Source of the DNA: Callorhinchus milii
Lineage: Eukaryota
Direction: 5' to 3'
NCBI RefSeq assembly: GCF_018977255.1
Contig: NW_024705341.1
Span: 1 to 52,889 of the forward strand
Length of the DNA: 52,889 bases
Part shown: one piece after another, positions 1-10,444 of the stretch
Position numbering within the stretch: position 1 is the first letter of the stretch
Layout: each line of letters begins with the position of its first letter
The notes under the pieces: generated by a model
Seen by the model: the letters and a program-made list of their open reading frames with translations, nothing else
The model's database searches: none
Told to the model about the DNA's origin: nothing
Made by a program: the position numbers and the translations under genes

Positions 1-117
1 GACTTCCCTGTACACAAACCCAACTAACGTAGGAAATGTTACCCAAAGAACTCTGCTTTCGTTGTTTTACATATAAACGAAAAGTTCTTGCAAGAGACAA
101 TTTCAATCCATTTAAGT

Positions 118-445
118 CCTGTAGCTTAGATGTTAGAGCACTCGCCTCGCAATCGACTGGATTTATGTTTGATTCCCAACCGGGCAAAACACAGTTAGTA
201 GGAAAAGCGGTTGGTTCTGCGATTGGCGGATCGCTTTTTCTGGGTAATTGATACTTTTAAAAAATAATAATAATACATTTTTCACTCAATCCACGACAGT
301 TTGAGGGACTTCGATGAGTGCCATTGGCTGCCGCGTTTCATCCACAACATATACAGTCACTCGATTTTGCAGCGTATCCTTGGAAGCGCTTTGAGACTTC
401 TGGCAAATGTGATCAGTCGCTGTATGAAATGCAAGGAATATTATT
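118..445 (+). mobile_element. tRNA-derived SINE (degenerate)
   Basis: tRNA-like head (gtagcttagatgttagagcactcgcctcgcaa...tttgattccc), body ccacgacagt...ttggctgccgcgttt, tail gaagcgctttgagac...aaatgcaagg; the same motifs recur dozens of times in the window. Confidence 0.65.
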
Positions 446-451
446 ATATTT

Positions 452-560
452 CTCCGTGTTATTGACAGACTACACCACTGTAACTAAATCACTAAAGAGG
501 AGAGAGAAGGTTTGATCTCAGCACAGATGTTCGTCTGACAGTTGACCTATTTAACAAGTC
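452..560 (+). pseudogene. Orphan decayed RSS plus 3' flank of the 'Vx' V family (V exon lost)
   Basis: ctccgtg-ttattgacagactacaccactgt(23)-aactaaatc and flank gaggagagagaagg...cagcacagatgtt...gacagttgacctattt match the 3' ends of the Vx genes at 8018, 19068 and 45781. Confidence 0.65.
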
Positions 561-854
561 CTGTTATGGTGGGGGGAATTCGTGGAGGAATGATATCTTC
601 AGTAGACGTTGATGAAGGTGCTGTTGAAGTGGAGGGTGTTAATCTGAATATTCATATTAATGGTGTACAGTCCACAATGCACTCCCTGGTAATTCTAACC
701 AAGATTTTAGGTTTGATACTTCAACTCCTGACATTCTCCTGAAATGCCAATAGATGTCGCTGTATAACAATACAAAAATCTAATTTTTATGCAGCAGTTT
801 TCGCATCAGGAGGAAACCTTATTAGTGCTGAGCACTGCACATAACGTGTTGTCT

Positions 855-965
855 TTTAGCTTAGTGGTTAGAGCAATAGTGTCACAAGCGAGAGGAGCTG
901 GGTTCGATTCCTGGTTGGAAAAAAAAAGATAGGCAATTATCCTTACTTCACACGTCTCTTTGTTT
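855..965 (+). mobile_element. tRNA-derived SINE head
   Basis: A-box tagcttagtgg, B-box ggttcgattcc; no complete acceptor stem. Confidence 0.65.
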
Positions 966-1744
966 ACCTAAAAATAAGTAGGAGCCCACTTGTTACTCGA
1001 TTCGTAGATAATTAAAACTATGTTTAATTAAAAAAGAAAACACATGCATTGACTTTTTTAAGCAAAAAAATAAATAAATGAGTAAAATATTAATTCGATC
1101 GCTCAATCTGCGATTGTTTTTGGGATACTGCTGTGCACAATTGGATGATTTATTTTTCCAAGAAAATATAAAATCAATCAACTCTTCAGTATATTTTTTG
1201 AATCTCTTTGCGTCGTGACAAGGATCCATATACAATGCAAGGATCATAAGCCTTATAAGATGACAGTGGACTCCAACATGATCAACCCACCGCGTCTCCC
1301 TCACACACATCCCAAAACTGCTTTGCTCTCCCAGTCCATCGTTCAAGTCAAAAAATAATCCCAAACTTCTTATTCCAACAGTGATCAGCTCCTCCTCACA
1401 CCGTTAAATCAGCACAATGCTCAAGACCAATGATATTTCTGAAAAGAATAAACAAAACTAACAATCTTTGCATTTTATACAGCGCCCCATCACGTCAACG
1501 AGACGCCACCAAACACTTTAAAGAATATACTGTGAAGCGTCAAGACTGTTTTTTAGGCGAAACGCGGCACACCCTTGGCGTCCCGTATTTAGTGATGGAT
1601 TAATAATTCAATTATTATTATTATTGTATTGCAGAGAATTTTTACCGCTGGAAAGAGGTGAAACATTCGAAAAACAAGCGGGTTGCACTTAACATTAAAC
1701 AGAGGCGTGTGTGTGCAGCAAGGATGCTTTACTAACGATTCAAA

Positions 1745-1900
1745 GAAAGACAGCTAGAGAGAGAGAGAGAGAGAAAGAGAGGGAGAGAGAGAGAGAAACA
1801 CACACAGACGGACAGCCAGAGACAGACAGACAGACAGACGCACATACACACACTCACACATACAGATACACAGACACACGGAAATAGAGACAGACAGGCC
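1745..1900. repeat. Compound (GA)n/(CA)n/(GACA)n microsatellite
   Basis: Directly visible; comparable blocks at about 14810-14930 and 35645-36075. Confidence 0.9.
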
Positions 1901-2464
1901 AAGTCAGGAATTAATAGTATTGCTTGTATCATAATACAGTGCATTACCATATCGTTAAATCGTGAAAAACTTCTTTCCATGATACGCTGAAAAGTGATCA
2001 TCATGTTCGCTGCCTTCTCTTCCTCCTCCATCATCCCTTTGTCAACCCTCTTTTCCCACGAATTATATAGTTACCGCATGCCATACTCCTTTACTCCAAT
2101 TTCTCCCTACACCTTTCCATCCATCAACTCCCATATCTCACTAACTCTCTGCTGCCGTGACCGGCTTCCCCATCCTGCTGCTGGTCATTGTAACAGGACT
2201 CACTTCAAGTCAAAGGTGTGTAAGTAGTTTCTTTATGTAACTTTCCCAATTCCCAGTAAAGCCCTCTCTACACCAAACAGCCTTTGTCCCTCTCACAGTG
2301 TCAGATTATACTCCATCTCGTTGGCTTCCCCGTCAATTGTCTATTTAAACCTAAATGAGACTCGAATAGTTATTCCCAAATCGCCCTCTCTGCCCACTGC
2401 TCTCGGGCACAGTGAGTCAGTCCCTTTCCTCATGTATATTCTTACCCTCCACACCCAAACCACC

Positions 2465-2619
2465 CCCCGCCCACCCCTCAAAGCCGCTGACACCAGCCAT
2501 GATGTGACGCTGTTCATCACAAATAAACCAAGTCTCCAAAGCTCTTACAGAACAGCCCTGTGTTACTCACAGTCACTCTGAGGTGTCCGGGGCTGACGGT
2601 AACTCCCAGCGGTGAGAGA
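2465..2619 (+). promoter_or_regulatory. Putative NAR-TCR V promoter/5'UTR
   Basis: ccgcccacccctcaaagccgctgacaccagccatgatgtgacgctgttcatcacaaat is near-identical at about 36620-36680; the proximal ctgtgttactcacagtcactctgaggtgtccggggctgacggt is shared by all three leaders; GC box and CRE-like tgatgtgacg. Confidence 0.6.
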
Positions 2620-3381
2620 ATGTCTCTCCTCTGCGTCTCCATCTCGTTCCTCTTCTTACAATGTAAGTGTTTGTTCCCATAAAACAGCACTACACAGCAC
2701 CAGTGAATGTCGTCAGTACAAAGTTACACAATATAAATTATCCTTGGAATTGATGTATAGCGTTACCATGTAGATGGGACGTCTCAAGTCGCTTCAAATA
2801 ATAGTTTGTGTGCTGAATTTTATCGGCAAAACGCGGCAGGCAATTATTTTACTTCAATTTTATTTTACATTATAATCATATGTATAAACTAATATTATTA
2901 TTATATTACATAATCCTGATTATATTATATCAACTGACATCAAGGGAAATCAAGCCAAAACGTGCAATGGAATTGTAATAGACGTGGTCAATGTTGAAGA
3001 TCTGTTAAACTGATGTAATATTGTGTATAATTTTCAGATGTTTTCAGCGCCAAAGTAAAGCAGACACCATCGTCTATTAGCAGAGAAGAATGCGAATCTT
3101 TGACAATCAACTGTGTCTTCTCAGCAAGTTATCAAAGCGTATTCAAAAGTATGGAGTTTTATAGGCGGTTTCCAAATGAAAGAGATTGGAAACGCATCCC
3201 TCGTGAAGGCCGGTTTGTTGAAAAGACAGACATGGAATCGTGGTCCTCTTCTCTGGAAATTAATGATTTGCAAGTTGATGACAGCGCTGTCTATTACTGT
3301 AAAGCGCGATATCTCTGGAGTTAGCAAAGCTTTGGTAATTGTCCACAATGCTGTATCTGGGCTTCCAACAATACAAAAAGG
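2620..3381 (+). CDS. NAR-TCR V gene 1: leader exon 2620-2662, V exon 3038-3343, RSS 3344-3381
   Basis: Leader MSLLCVSISFLFLQ with phase-1 gtaagt donor; acceptor ttttcag; V = VFSAKVKQTPSSISREECESLTINC...SMEFYRR...IPREGRFVEKTD...LEINDLQVDDSAVYYCKARY. It has an extra FR1 Cys and a shortened CDR2 region (NAR type). RSS cacaatg-22-acaaaaagg. In-frame TAG at 3322-3324 lies in an unusually long 3' overhang. Confidence 0.85.
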
Positions 3382-3696
3382 CCAATCGCCAACTCACAGG
3401 TAAACCACAGAGAATGTGAACTTGTCAATGAGTTCAATGCACATTCCTGATTGGTGTGAGATGTACAGTGATGTTTATTATCACTTCATTTAAGAGACGA
3501 CTATTAGTTATGAATACTTAGGAAAAATTATTACGACTCTGTCGTAAGAATTCTGCTTGATTTCGTATCAATAACAATTTATTGCTGAGGCATACAAAGT
3601 CCTACTGGGACAATATTCAAAAGAATTTTACACGTTATGTCATTGATTGGTTGATTTTAAATTGCAGAACACATATCAATTGTTGTTCAAACCATT

Positions 3697-3768
3697 GATT
3701 TTTGTGTTGACATTAAATACTGTGCTGTGGTTTGGAGAGTCACAGTGCAAAACAACAGCACAAATACC
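3697..3768 (+). other. NAR-TCR D segment 1 (coding 3725-3740) with 12/12 RSS
   Basis: gatttttgt-12-tactgtg | ctgtggtttggagagt | cacagtg-12-acaaatacc. Confidence 0.9.
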
Positions 3769-4080
3769 GCACAGCTATTGTCATGGAAATGCATGAGACG
3801 TGATCACTGAAAATTGTGCCCTATTTTATGCTGCTTAATATGTCGAAAGCTTGCTTTCAATATTATTTATTTCAAACTGACATTTTGTATAAATTTTGCA
3901 GAAAACGGTTCGCTGGGCCGTCATCTTCGTCAGTATTTGGGTGGAAGCAATGAAGAGAAACATGATATGGACAAATAAAAAGTCTGAAGATGGGAAAGTG
4001 TTGGACAGACCGAAGTTATTGACCCATTTGTCAACATCTAGTTTTATTTGTGACAGTATTAAACCATTATCTGATACAAC

Positions 4081-4175
4081 AGGGTTTTCACTCTGTAGGA
4101 TGAGAGATGTGTGACTGTGGTATTGCGATGAATACACAGAAGATGGATCAGGAACCAATTTAACTGTAACTGAAA
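4081..4175 (+). other. NAR-TCR J segment 1 (coding 4120-4175)
   Basis: Degenerate nonamer agggttttc-23-gactgtg; encodes YCDEYTEDGSGTNLTVTE; phase-1 donor gtaagt at 4176. Confidence 0.9.
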
Positions 4176-4599
4176 GTAAGTGAGAAAAAAACTTCTTTCG
4201 TACTAAAATGAAACTTTATTCAAGTCAATTTGTAAAATGTCTTATTCTGAACGACAGCTCCCAATTATTTACAACTGAGCCTTTCCAACAATCGATATTA
4301 GCAATTATGAAGAAAAATGCATTCTGTGTTGCAGAAAGGATTACTGAGCTCCAAATATGAAGCGTGTTTCTGAAATGATCAGCTTTTATTTTATGTTTTG
4401 TAAAGTCACTAACTTTGTCTGGATATTGGTTCCAAAGAGATATACCAAGAGGAATTGTTGACTGTAAATTCCGGTGTTTACTTGAAGCAATATATCTTGG
4501 GTCAAAGGAAATGATAAAAATCCCTATCCTCCTCAAATCTCCCGAAAAGTGGGGTTTCTTTCGAACTGAACTGGCTCCAATGTGTAATATTATATAAAC

Positions 4600-5095
4600 T
4601 TCTCCCGTGCCCCAGAGGATCGAATTCAAGATCCTCATCCTCGCCTACAAGGCCATTCACGGCCTCGCTCCCTCCTACTTCTCCAACCTACTGTCCCCCG
4701 ACATAACTGCCCGTAACCTCCGTTCCTCTGGCTCCGGACTGCTCCTCATACCCCGCCCCAACCGCCCTAACATCGGTGGACGGGCCCTCAGCCTCTCAGC
4801 CTCTAGGCTCTGGAACTCTGTCCCCCAGTGCCTTCGCCGCTTCCTCCCTTTCCTCCTTCAAGGCCGGTCTCAAGACCTTTCTCTTTCACCTTGCCGTCAG
4901 CTCCCCTCTCGACTCTCTAACCCCTCCTCGCTGCCTCCATTCCCTCCCCTCACACTGACCATTTCCCCCCTCCTCGCTCCCTCCCTTCCCTCCACTCACC
5001 CTGACCATTTCTCCTCCGCTCGGGTCCTGACCCAACATGGTCCAGCGCCTTGGGACTTCCTCCCGACGTGAAAGGCGCTCTATAAGTGTAATATC
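4600..5095 (+). mobile_element. L2-like LINE 3' fragment
   Basis: QRIEFKILILAYKAIHGLAPSY...RNLRSS...GGRALS...RLWNSVP resembles the C-terminus of L2-clade ORF2; tail gtgaaaggcgctctataa. Confidence 0.7.
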
Positions 5096-5235
5096 ATTCA
5101 ATTTCATACATTTAATAAATGTATGAAAGTTAATATCAAGCTTGCTGGTACGCATCGATTTCTGTATATGTAAGATATGAAAGTTGAAGAAAGAAAGAAA
5201 AGCGATAAAGAGAGAACGAAAGGGTGGAAAAGATA

Positions 5236-5385
5236 NNNNNNNNNNNNNNNNNNNNNNNNNNNNNNNNNNNNNNNNNNNNNNNNNNNNNNNNNNNNNNNNN
5301 NNNNNNNNNNNNNNNNNNNNNNNNNNNNNNNNNNNNNNNNNNNNNNNNNNNNNNNNNNNNNNNNNNNNNNNNNNNNNNNNNNNNN
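5236..5385. other. Assembly gap (150 N) flanked by purine-rich simple repeats
   Basis: Run of n; (GA)-rich sequence at 5386-5485. Confidence 1.
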
Positions 5386-5859
5386 GAAAAAGACAAAAAA
5401 ACAAAAAACAGACAGAGAGAGAGAGAGCGAGAGAACGAGAGAGAGATAAAGAGAAAGAGGGAGATAGAGAGAGATAGAGAAAGAGACTATTTTCCTTCAA
5501 TGAGCAGCTCAAACACTGAGAGAGAAAATGATATTCGCAACAAGTCAGAGACTGAACCAACTCCAGCAGCGGTGTTAAAGTAACGCCATTTACAGCAGGA
5601 AACTTTCTATTTGCCTCAACTGTAAACCCACTGATTTAACGGCACAATCTGACACCTGATTCTCTGATAAACATTCCCATGAACATAGGCAAAGTATAAG
5701 ATTAAAAAAAGTTAATTAAACGTTGCATTGATGAGCGATCATATCAATACTGTCACAGCAATAGCCACACGTTGGATGGTGCAGAGCCGCACTCTAAATT
5801 TGTCCATTCCTCGTCTCTTTCTACTGTTGATTAAACAGTGATTCTTACATTTAGTATAA

Positions 5860-6215
5860 AAACTTTCACGGACACGTTATGGAGGGTGCTACGGCCTTGG
5901 AAGGAGTTCGAAAGAGATTTTCTTGAATGATGCCCAGGGCGAGAGGTTTCATTCAAATGAAGATTCTCGGGTCTCTGGCAATGTTCTGCTTAGAGACCGA
6001 AGATTGAGTGGAGATTTGATTGAAGTGTTCATATTTGCGAGGGGATTTGATAGAGTAGATAAATATAAAATATTCTCATTGGTGAGCGTTTCAGTAACCA
6101 AAGAACAAAATTTATGTTAAGTAGTAAAAGGTCCAGAGGTAAGATAATGAGGATTTATTTGCGAAGAAAGTTGTTACAGTCTGCAATACACTGCCTGAAG
6201 TGTTGTTGTTGGGTT
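5860..6215 (+). mobile_element. CR1-like LINE 3' fragment
   Basis: Encodes RRLSGDLIEVFIFARGFDRVD, typical of the CR1 ORF2 C-terminus. Confidence 0.7.
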
Positions 6216-6265
6216 TGGTTCCATGATGCCATAATTCTAAGTAACCTGTAATTTGCATCCCGCAG

Positions 6266-6606
6266 GATCCAGTTATACAGTTTCCCAGTCACCGCCTGAA
6301 CAAACTGCTTTTGCTGGTGAGAGGATAATTTTACATTGCCAATATTCAGGATTCTGCGGACAGGATTTCAGCGTCTCCTGGTACCGACAGTCCCCTGGCG
6401 AGGGCCTGAAATACCTGCTCCACAGAAAATCCTCAGGAGAGGGAGGAAACCCCACTGGAGATCACATTTCTGCTTCTCTTGACACTGCCAAGAAAATCAG
6501 CGTTTTAACCATCGCCGGCCTGCGGCTGACAGACTCCGCTATGCATCACTGTGCACTCAGTCTGCACCACAGTGATACACATCATAGGAAGCCTCGTACA
6601 ATAACC
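6266..6606 (+). CDS. Supporting TCR V-delta 1 (leaderless; exon 6266-6567, RSS 6568-6606), intact
   Basis: Acceptor cccgcag in phase 1 matches the J1 donor; SSYTVSQSPPEQ...LHCQYSGFCGQDFSVSWYRQ...LTDSAMHHCALSLH; extra CDR1 Cys; cacagtg-23-acaataacc; no leader found between J1 and this exon. Confidence 0.9.
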
Positions 6607-7710
6607 CTCATCACAACCAAAGCTGGGAAACAGTACAGTACAGTTAGCGACAGAGAATGTAACAAACCTTCTGCCAAATGCCACCATAGCTCACATCTTG
6701 TTGAGGTTTGTCAAGTCAGCTAAAATAGGTGATAGTTTTCTTACTGTATATTTGAGATGTTCTTCACGAACAGAGAGAAGATTGTGATAAATGTTTTTGG
6801 AAGTTTCGAATGATAATAGTAACAGCAATAAAAAGAAAATAACAAATAAAATAATCTTTCCATTTGACTTTTTGTCGCAGCGCGTCATTGAGAATTCTCA
6901 AAGCGCTTCTCAGATTATTCTTTAAATTGAAATGACTGTATATTTTGCAGTAAAAATGCCTACTCCAATTTTTGGTTTGTTACAGCGTGCACTTGAAATG
7001 CGGTTACATACATTTTCACACTGATTTGTTTTAAAGTGATATTTTAATGTCAGTGGAGACGTGTACCTTAATCGTTAGTGAGAGGACATGGGTTCGAATC
7101 CCAGGCAGTGCGAAAAGTTGGTCATGTTTCCTTACTCCATACTCGCGCCGCTGTTTTTCTTGCAGTACGTGAGAACGCGTTTGCTGGTCGACTGTCAAAT
7201 TATTATCTGGGGTAATGACAACTACAAAACTAATTGGCAAATAATAGTTTTGTTTCTTGATCCACGACTGATTTTGCAGGACACAGGTGTGCGCTCCAGA
7301 TGAAAATGTACAATCACTCCATCAAATGCAATCATTGCTGTTGTGTTACTTGCAATAGATGAAGTCAAGATAATCAATGGGTATTAGTTGACCAATGTTG
7401 GAACACAAGTCTGATTTTTTGACAACCCAGCGTAGAAAATAAATCCTGGAGATGAAGGAACAACAGTGCTTATATGTTTTTCGGTATAGAGCATAACTTA
7501 AAGCTCTTCACATAATTTGGTTGCAAATTTGTGTCACTGTGTGCTTTGTGGTTAACAGGGCAGGACATTTGCGCTGTTAATTCCTTTGCGATGTTACATT
7601 CACTTTTGTTGTGCATGATGTTAAGTCTATCACCCTAACCCTTAAATCAATTAGTGGATTTACCTCCGGGCTTTATAAGACACTGATATACATGTTTTCT
7701 CTGGCTATAG

Positions 7711-8056
7711 GGACAGGAGGTGGAGTCAGTGTTGAACCATCAGAGGTGGAAATGTCTGTAACTGAAGTACAGACTGTAACCCTGAGCTGCACCTTCTCTG
7801 CTGATTCCACCAATATTTTAATATTCTGGTACCGTCAGTATCCAAGCGAACCTCCTCTGTACACACGGAGACATGATTCTGAGGGGGATGTATTCATTGC
7901 TGAATTTGCAACGCAAACTTTAACGCCAAATCTGTACATGGGCAGGAAGAGATCCACTCTATTTCTGTTTCCCGTGGCTCTACCTGACATGGTCAAACAT
8001 TACTGTGCCATCACACACACAGTGTTACTGTCAGACTACATGAATGTGCACAAAAC
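7711..8056 (+). pseudogene. V alpha/delta 'Vx' family copy 1 (exon 7711-8017 open; probably non-functional)
   Basis: Acceptor ctatag; VSVEPSEVEMSVTEVQTVTLSC...FWYRQYP...LPDMVKHYCAIT; cacagtg-23-gcacaaaac; the FR3 D-S-A-x-Y motif is degenerate and no intact leader was found. Confidence 0.7.
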
Positions 8057-9067
8057 TCCAAAGAGGAGAGAAAGGGTCTCATCTCAGCACAGATGTTAAC
8101 GCTGACAGTTGACCTAATTCACATTTTTTACTTTGCTCCTGTGTCTCTCAGAGGAAAGACGCGGCTGATTGCCAACCACAACCAAAATGTGTTGGAACAG
8201 TTCGTGTAGGGAAAGAGTGAACGAATTAACAGTGAATCTTACATTTATTGTAGCGCCTTATCGCGACTTCGCGATGACTCAAACGGCTTCATAAAATATA
8301 CTGCTAAAAGAAGTTGCTGCGAATTGGCGGTGTGAACGGGAAACTATGTGGCATTAGCTGGTTATACAGCAACAGTTACCCCAAAGCGTAATGTGGGGGT
8401 CCTCAAGCCTTGGTTCTCGCCAACTTGCGGCTAATCATTGACGGATTTAGCTAAACTGCATAGTTTCATAAGGGAGGAGAATGCTCATTCCATTCAAAAA
8501 GACTATTTCAGTGATTTCCATGAGGAGGTGGGAGTTAGCGATATTTGGAGTCTCTATTGCTTGGCGATGGGTTTCCTAAAGTTTCAGACTGACAAACAAA
8601 TGTACTGTATTTCAATATGCCAATGTTCCAATCAATGACCAATATTGATTCAAATGTTTTATCTGCGAAGTCCGGTAGCTCATTGGTGAGAACACTCACC
8701 TCGACAGTGAGAGACCTGGGTTCGACTCACGGTGGGGGAAACGATGGGCAAGTTTCCTTATTTCACACACCTCTGTTTAAATAGCAGTAAGTTGGAACTC
8801 ATTTGTTAGTCAATTGGCGGATAGCAGTGACCAACACATTTCGGAGGGATTATTAACTCGGAAAGTGATTCGCCAATCGAACAACAACGGTTTCCTATTT
8901 ATTGCTGGGTAAATAGTACGCAAATACAAAAATTTACAATTGCCAATGGCAATATTGGTTCAATTCTGTGTTGTAATGTAAACTATTACAATGGCAACTT
9001 GCCCTTTGGGGCTCAGAACAGATTAATATAATTGTGAGGCGAGGATTTAGTGTGTGGAAGAGGGGGC

Positions 9068-9127
9068 TTCAGTATCTGTGGTCTCAAAGTGAGTGACAGC
9101 GGGGACTGTTACTGTACTCTGAGCCTC
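9068..9127 (+). pseudogene. Decayed V remnant ('Vy'), FR3 only recognisable
   Basis: Translates FSICGLKVSDSGDCYCTLSL; paralogous remnants at 24401, 27330, 29804 and 49116. Confidence 0.6.
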
Positions 9128-9231
9128 AGTAATATAAGTCACTGGGAACCTCAACACATTATTATTACAATCACTGCTTTACTTCAAGTTTGCCATGAAA
9201 TATGAAGCAGTGATGAATTGTGGCACCTTGG

Positions 9232-9244
9232 CCTTCAGAGGGCG
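9232..9244 (+). promoter_or_regulatory. Candidate CTCF site
   Basis: ccttcagagggcg resembles the CCASYAGRKGGCR consensus; paralogous to 22501, 24500 and 49282. Confidence 0.4.
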
Positions 9245-9899
9245 ACACGTTAATATTAATGTCCAACAGATCAACAAATCAAAGAAGGCTGCCAGCTAAA
9301 TTTAAGCATTTACAAATTGTCATCTTTAATCCAGAAGGGGATTTGAAGCGGAGTATTTTGAAGTCGAGGAGCATTTGGAAGAGATAATTATATCCGGCGG
9401 CCTTCCAACGTTTTGTATCACTTTTCCGGGTCGGTAATAAATCCTTCAAATAAAAGATTAAAAAAATTCAATTCTTGGATGACGCAAAACATACCATGAA
9501 TTCACTTTACAATATTTTCAATGAAGCTCTTTAAGACGTCTCTAACACGAGATAATATGCTTTATCAAATGAAAGATTTGTTATTGTTATTCGACTGAGG
9601 TACTGACTTGTCTGTTCACGTGGAAGATGATGATCGCATGGGACTTTTGGCAAAATGATTGCGAATTACTCTTTTAGTTTCCATTATGCTACGGGAGCAA
9701 CGGCTGTCATGAATGACAGTTTTTGAAGAATTATTGTTTCATGGATTTGAATTTCAATCTAGAATTTGATCTCAAATTGTCAACTTGAATCCTGAACCAA
9801 AAACATTCTGACAGATAAGAGAACGTACAACTAAAAGTATGTCACCTCAGATGATGGAAGGCGAACATTTATTCTTTCAGGCTAGGCTGCTGGTTTCCT

Positions 9900-10200
9900 T
9901 GATTTTACATCTAGATAATTGCGTTGATCATGTCCAGGCAAGATTACACAAAGTGTCTGCTTACTCTATAACCTGCCCCTTCCCTTCACAAATTGCATAC
10001 TATCCAAAAATCTGTATGTTCTGTTACTTTCACACACGATTACGTTAGTTTTTGATCTGAACCTATCCCAATCTACTCTCTCCCATTCGCCAGCGAATTC
10101 AAGCGCCTCAGACCGAATTCAAGATCCTCACACTCACCTTTAAATCCCTATTTGGTTATTTACAATCCTACCTCTGTGGTATCATGGAAACCAACAAATC
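9900..10200 (+). mobile_element. L2-like LINE fragment (decayed)
   Basis: gaattcaagatcctcacactcacctttaaatcc is similar to the L2 fragment at 4620. Confidence 0.5.
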
Positions 10201-10444
10201 TGGTCTTCCTTTCTGTGTCAAGCCTGTCACTAAATTGAATGGGCTCGAAGGAAATTCACTCTTACTTAACCCCAGAAGATAAACTGTGACACGTTAACTT
10301 CCCTCCAACGTTGAGCAGACGATGCTCGCTTCACTTGATTAGGAAGTGAGGTCATAGCGATCAAGTGTCACCTGACTCAAAGCCACACGCCTCCGATCAA
10401 CACCAATAACTTATCCACTCAAGAGCTCAGTTGTGGAGTAAGTG

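Noticed and set aside
3725-3740. D1 (LWFGE frame) resembles my recollection of the human IGHD3-10 core
   Set aside because: A 16-nt match across that evolutionary distance is best explained by chance or convergence in G-rich D segments.
2620-4175. Interpretation as IgNAR clusters
   Set aside because: Each cluster has a single D, no Ig constant exons follow J, and leaderless V-delta exons lie downstream; this fits NAR-TCR.
4886-5583. Long ORFs in the supplied track spanning the N gap and GA repeats
   Set aside because: Artefacts of Ns and low-complexity sequence.
6251-6258. Octamer atttgcat just before supporting V acceptors (also about 42590)
   Set aside because: It lies inside the splice acceptor tract and is absent from copies 2, 4 and 5; not supportable as an Ig-type promoter.
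9125-9165. Functional RSS behind 'Vy' remnants
   Set aside because: Heptamer (ctcagta or tcaggtg) and nonamer are too degenerate to support.
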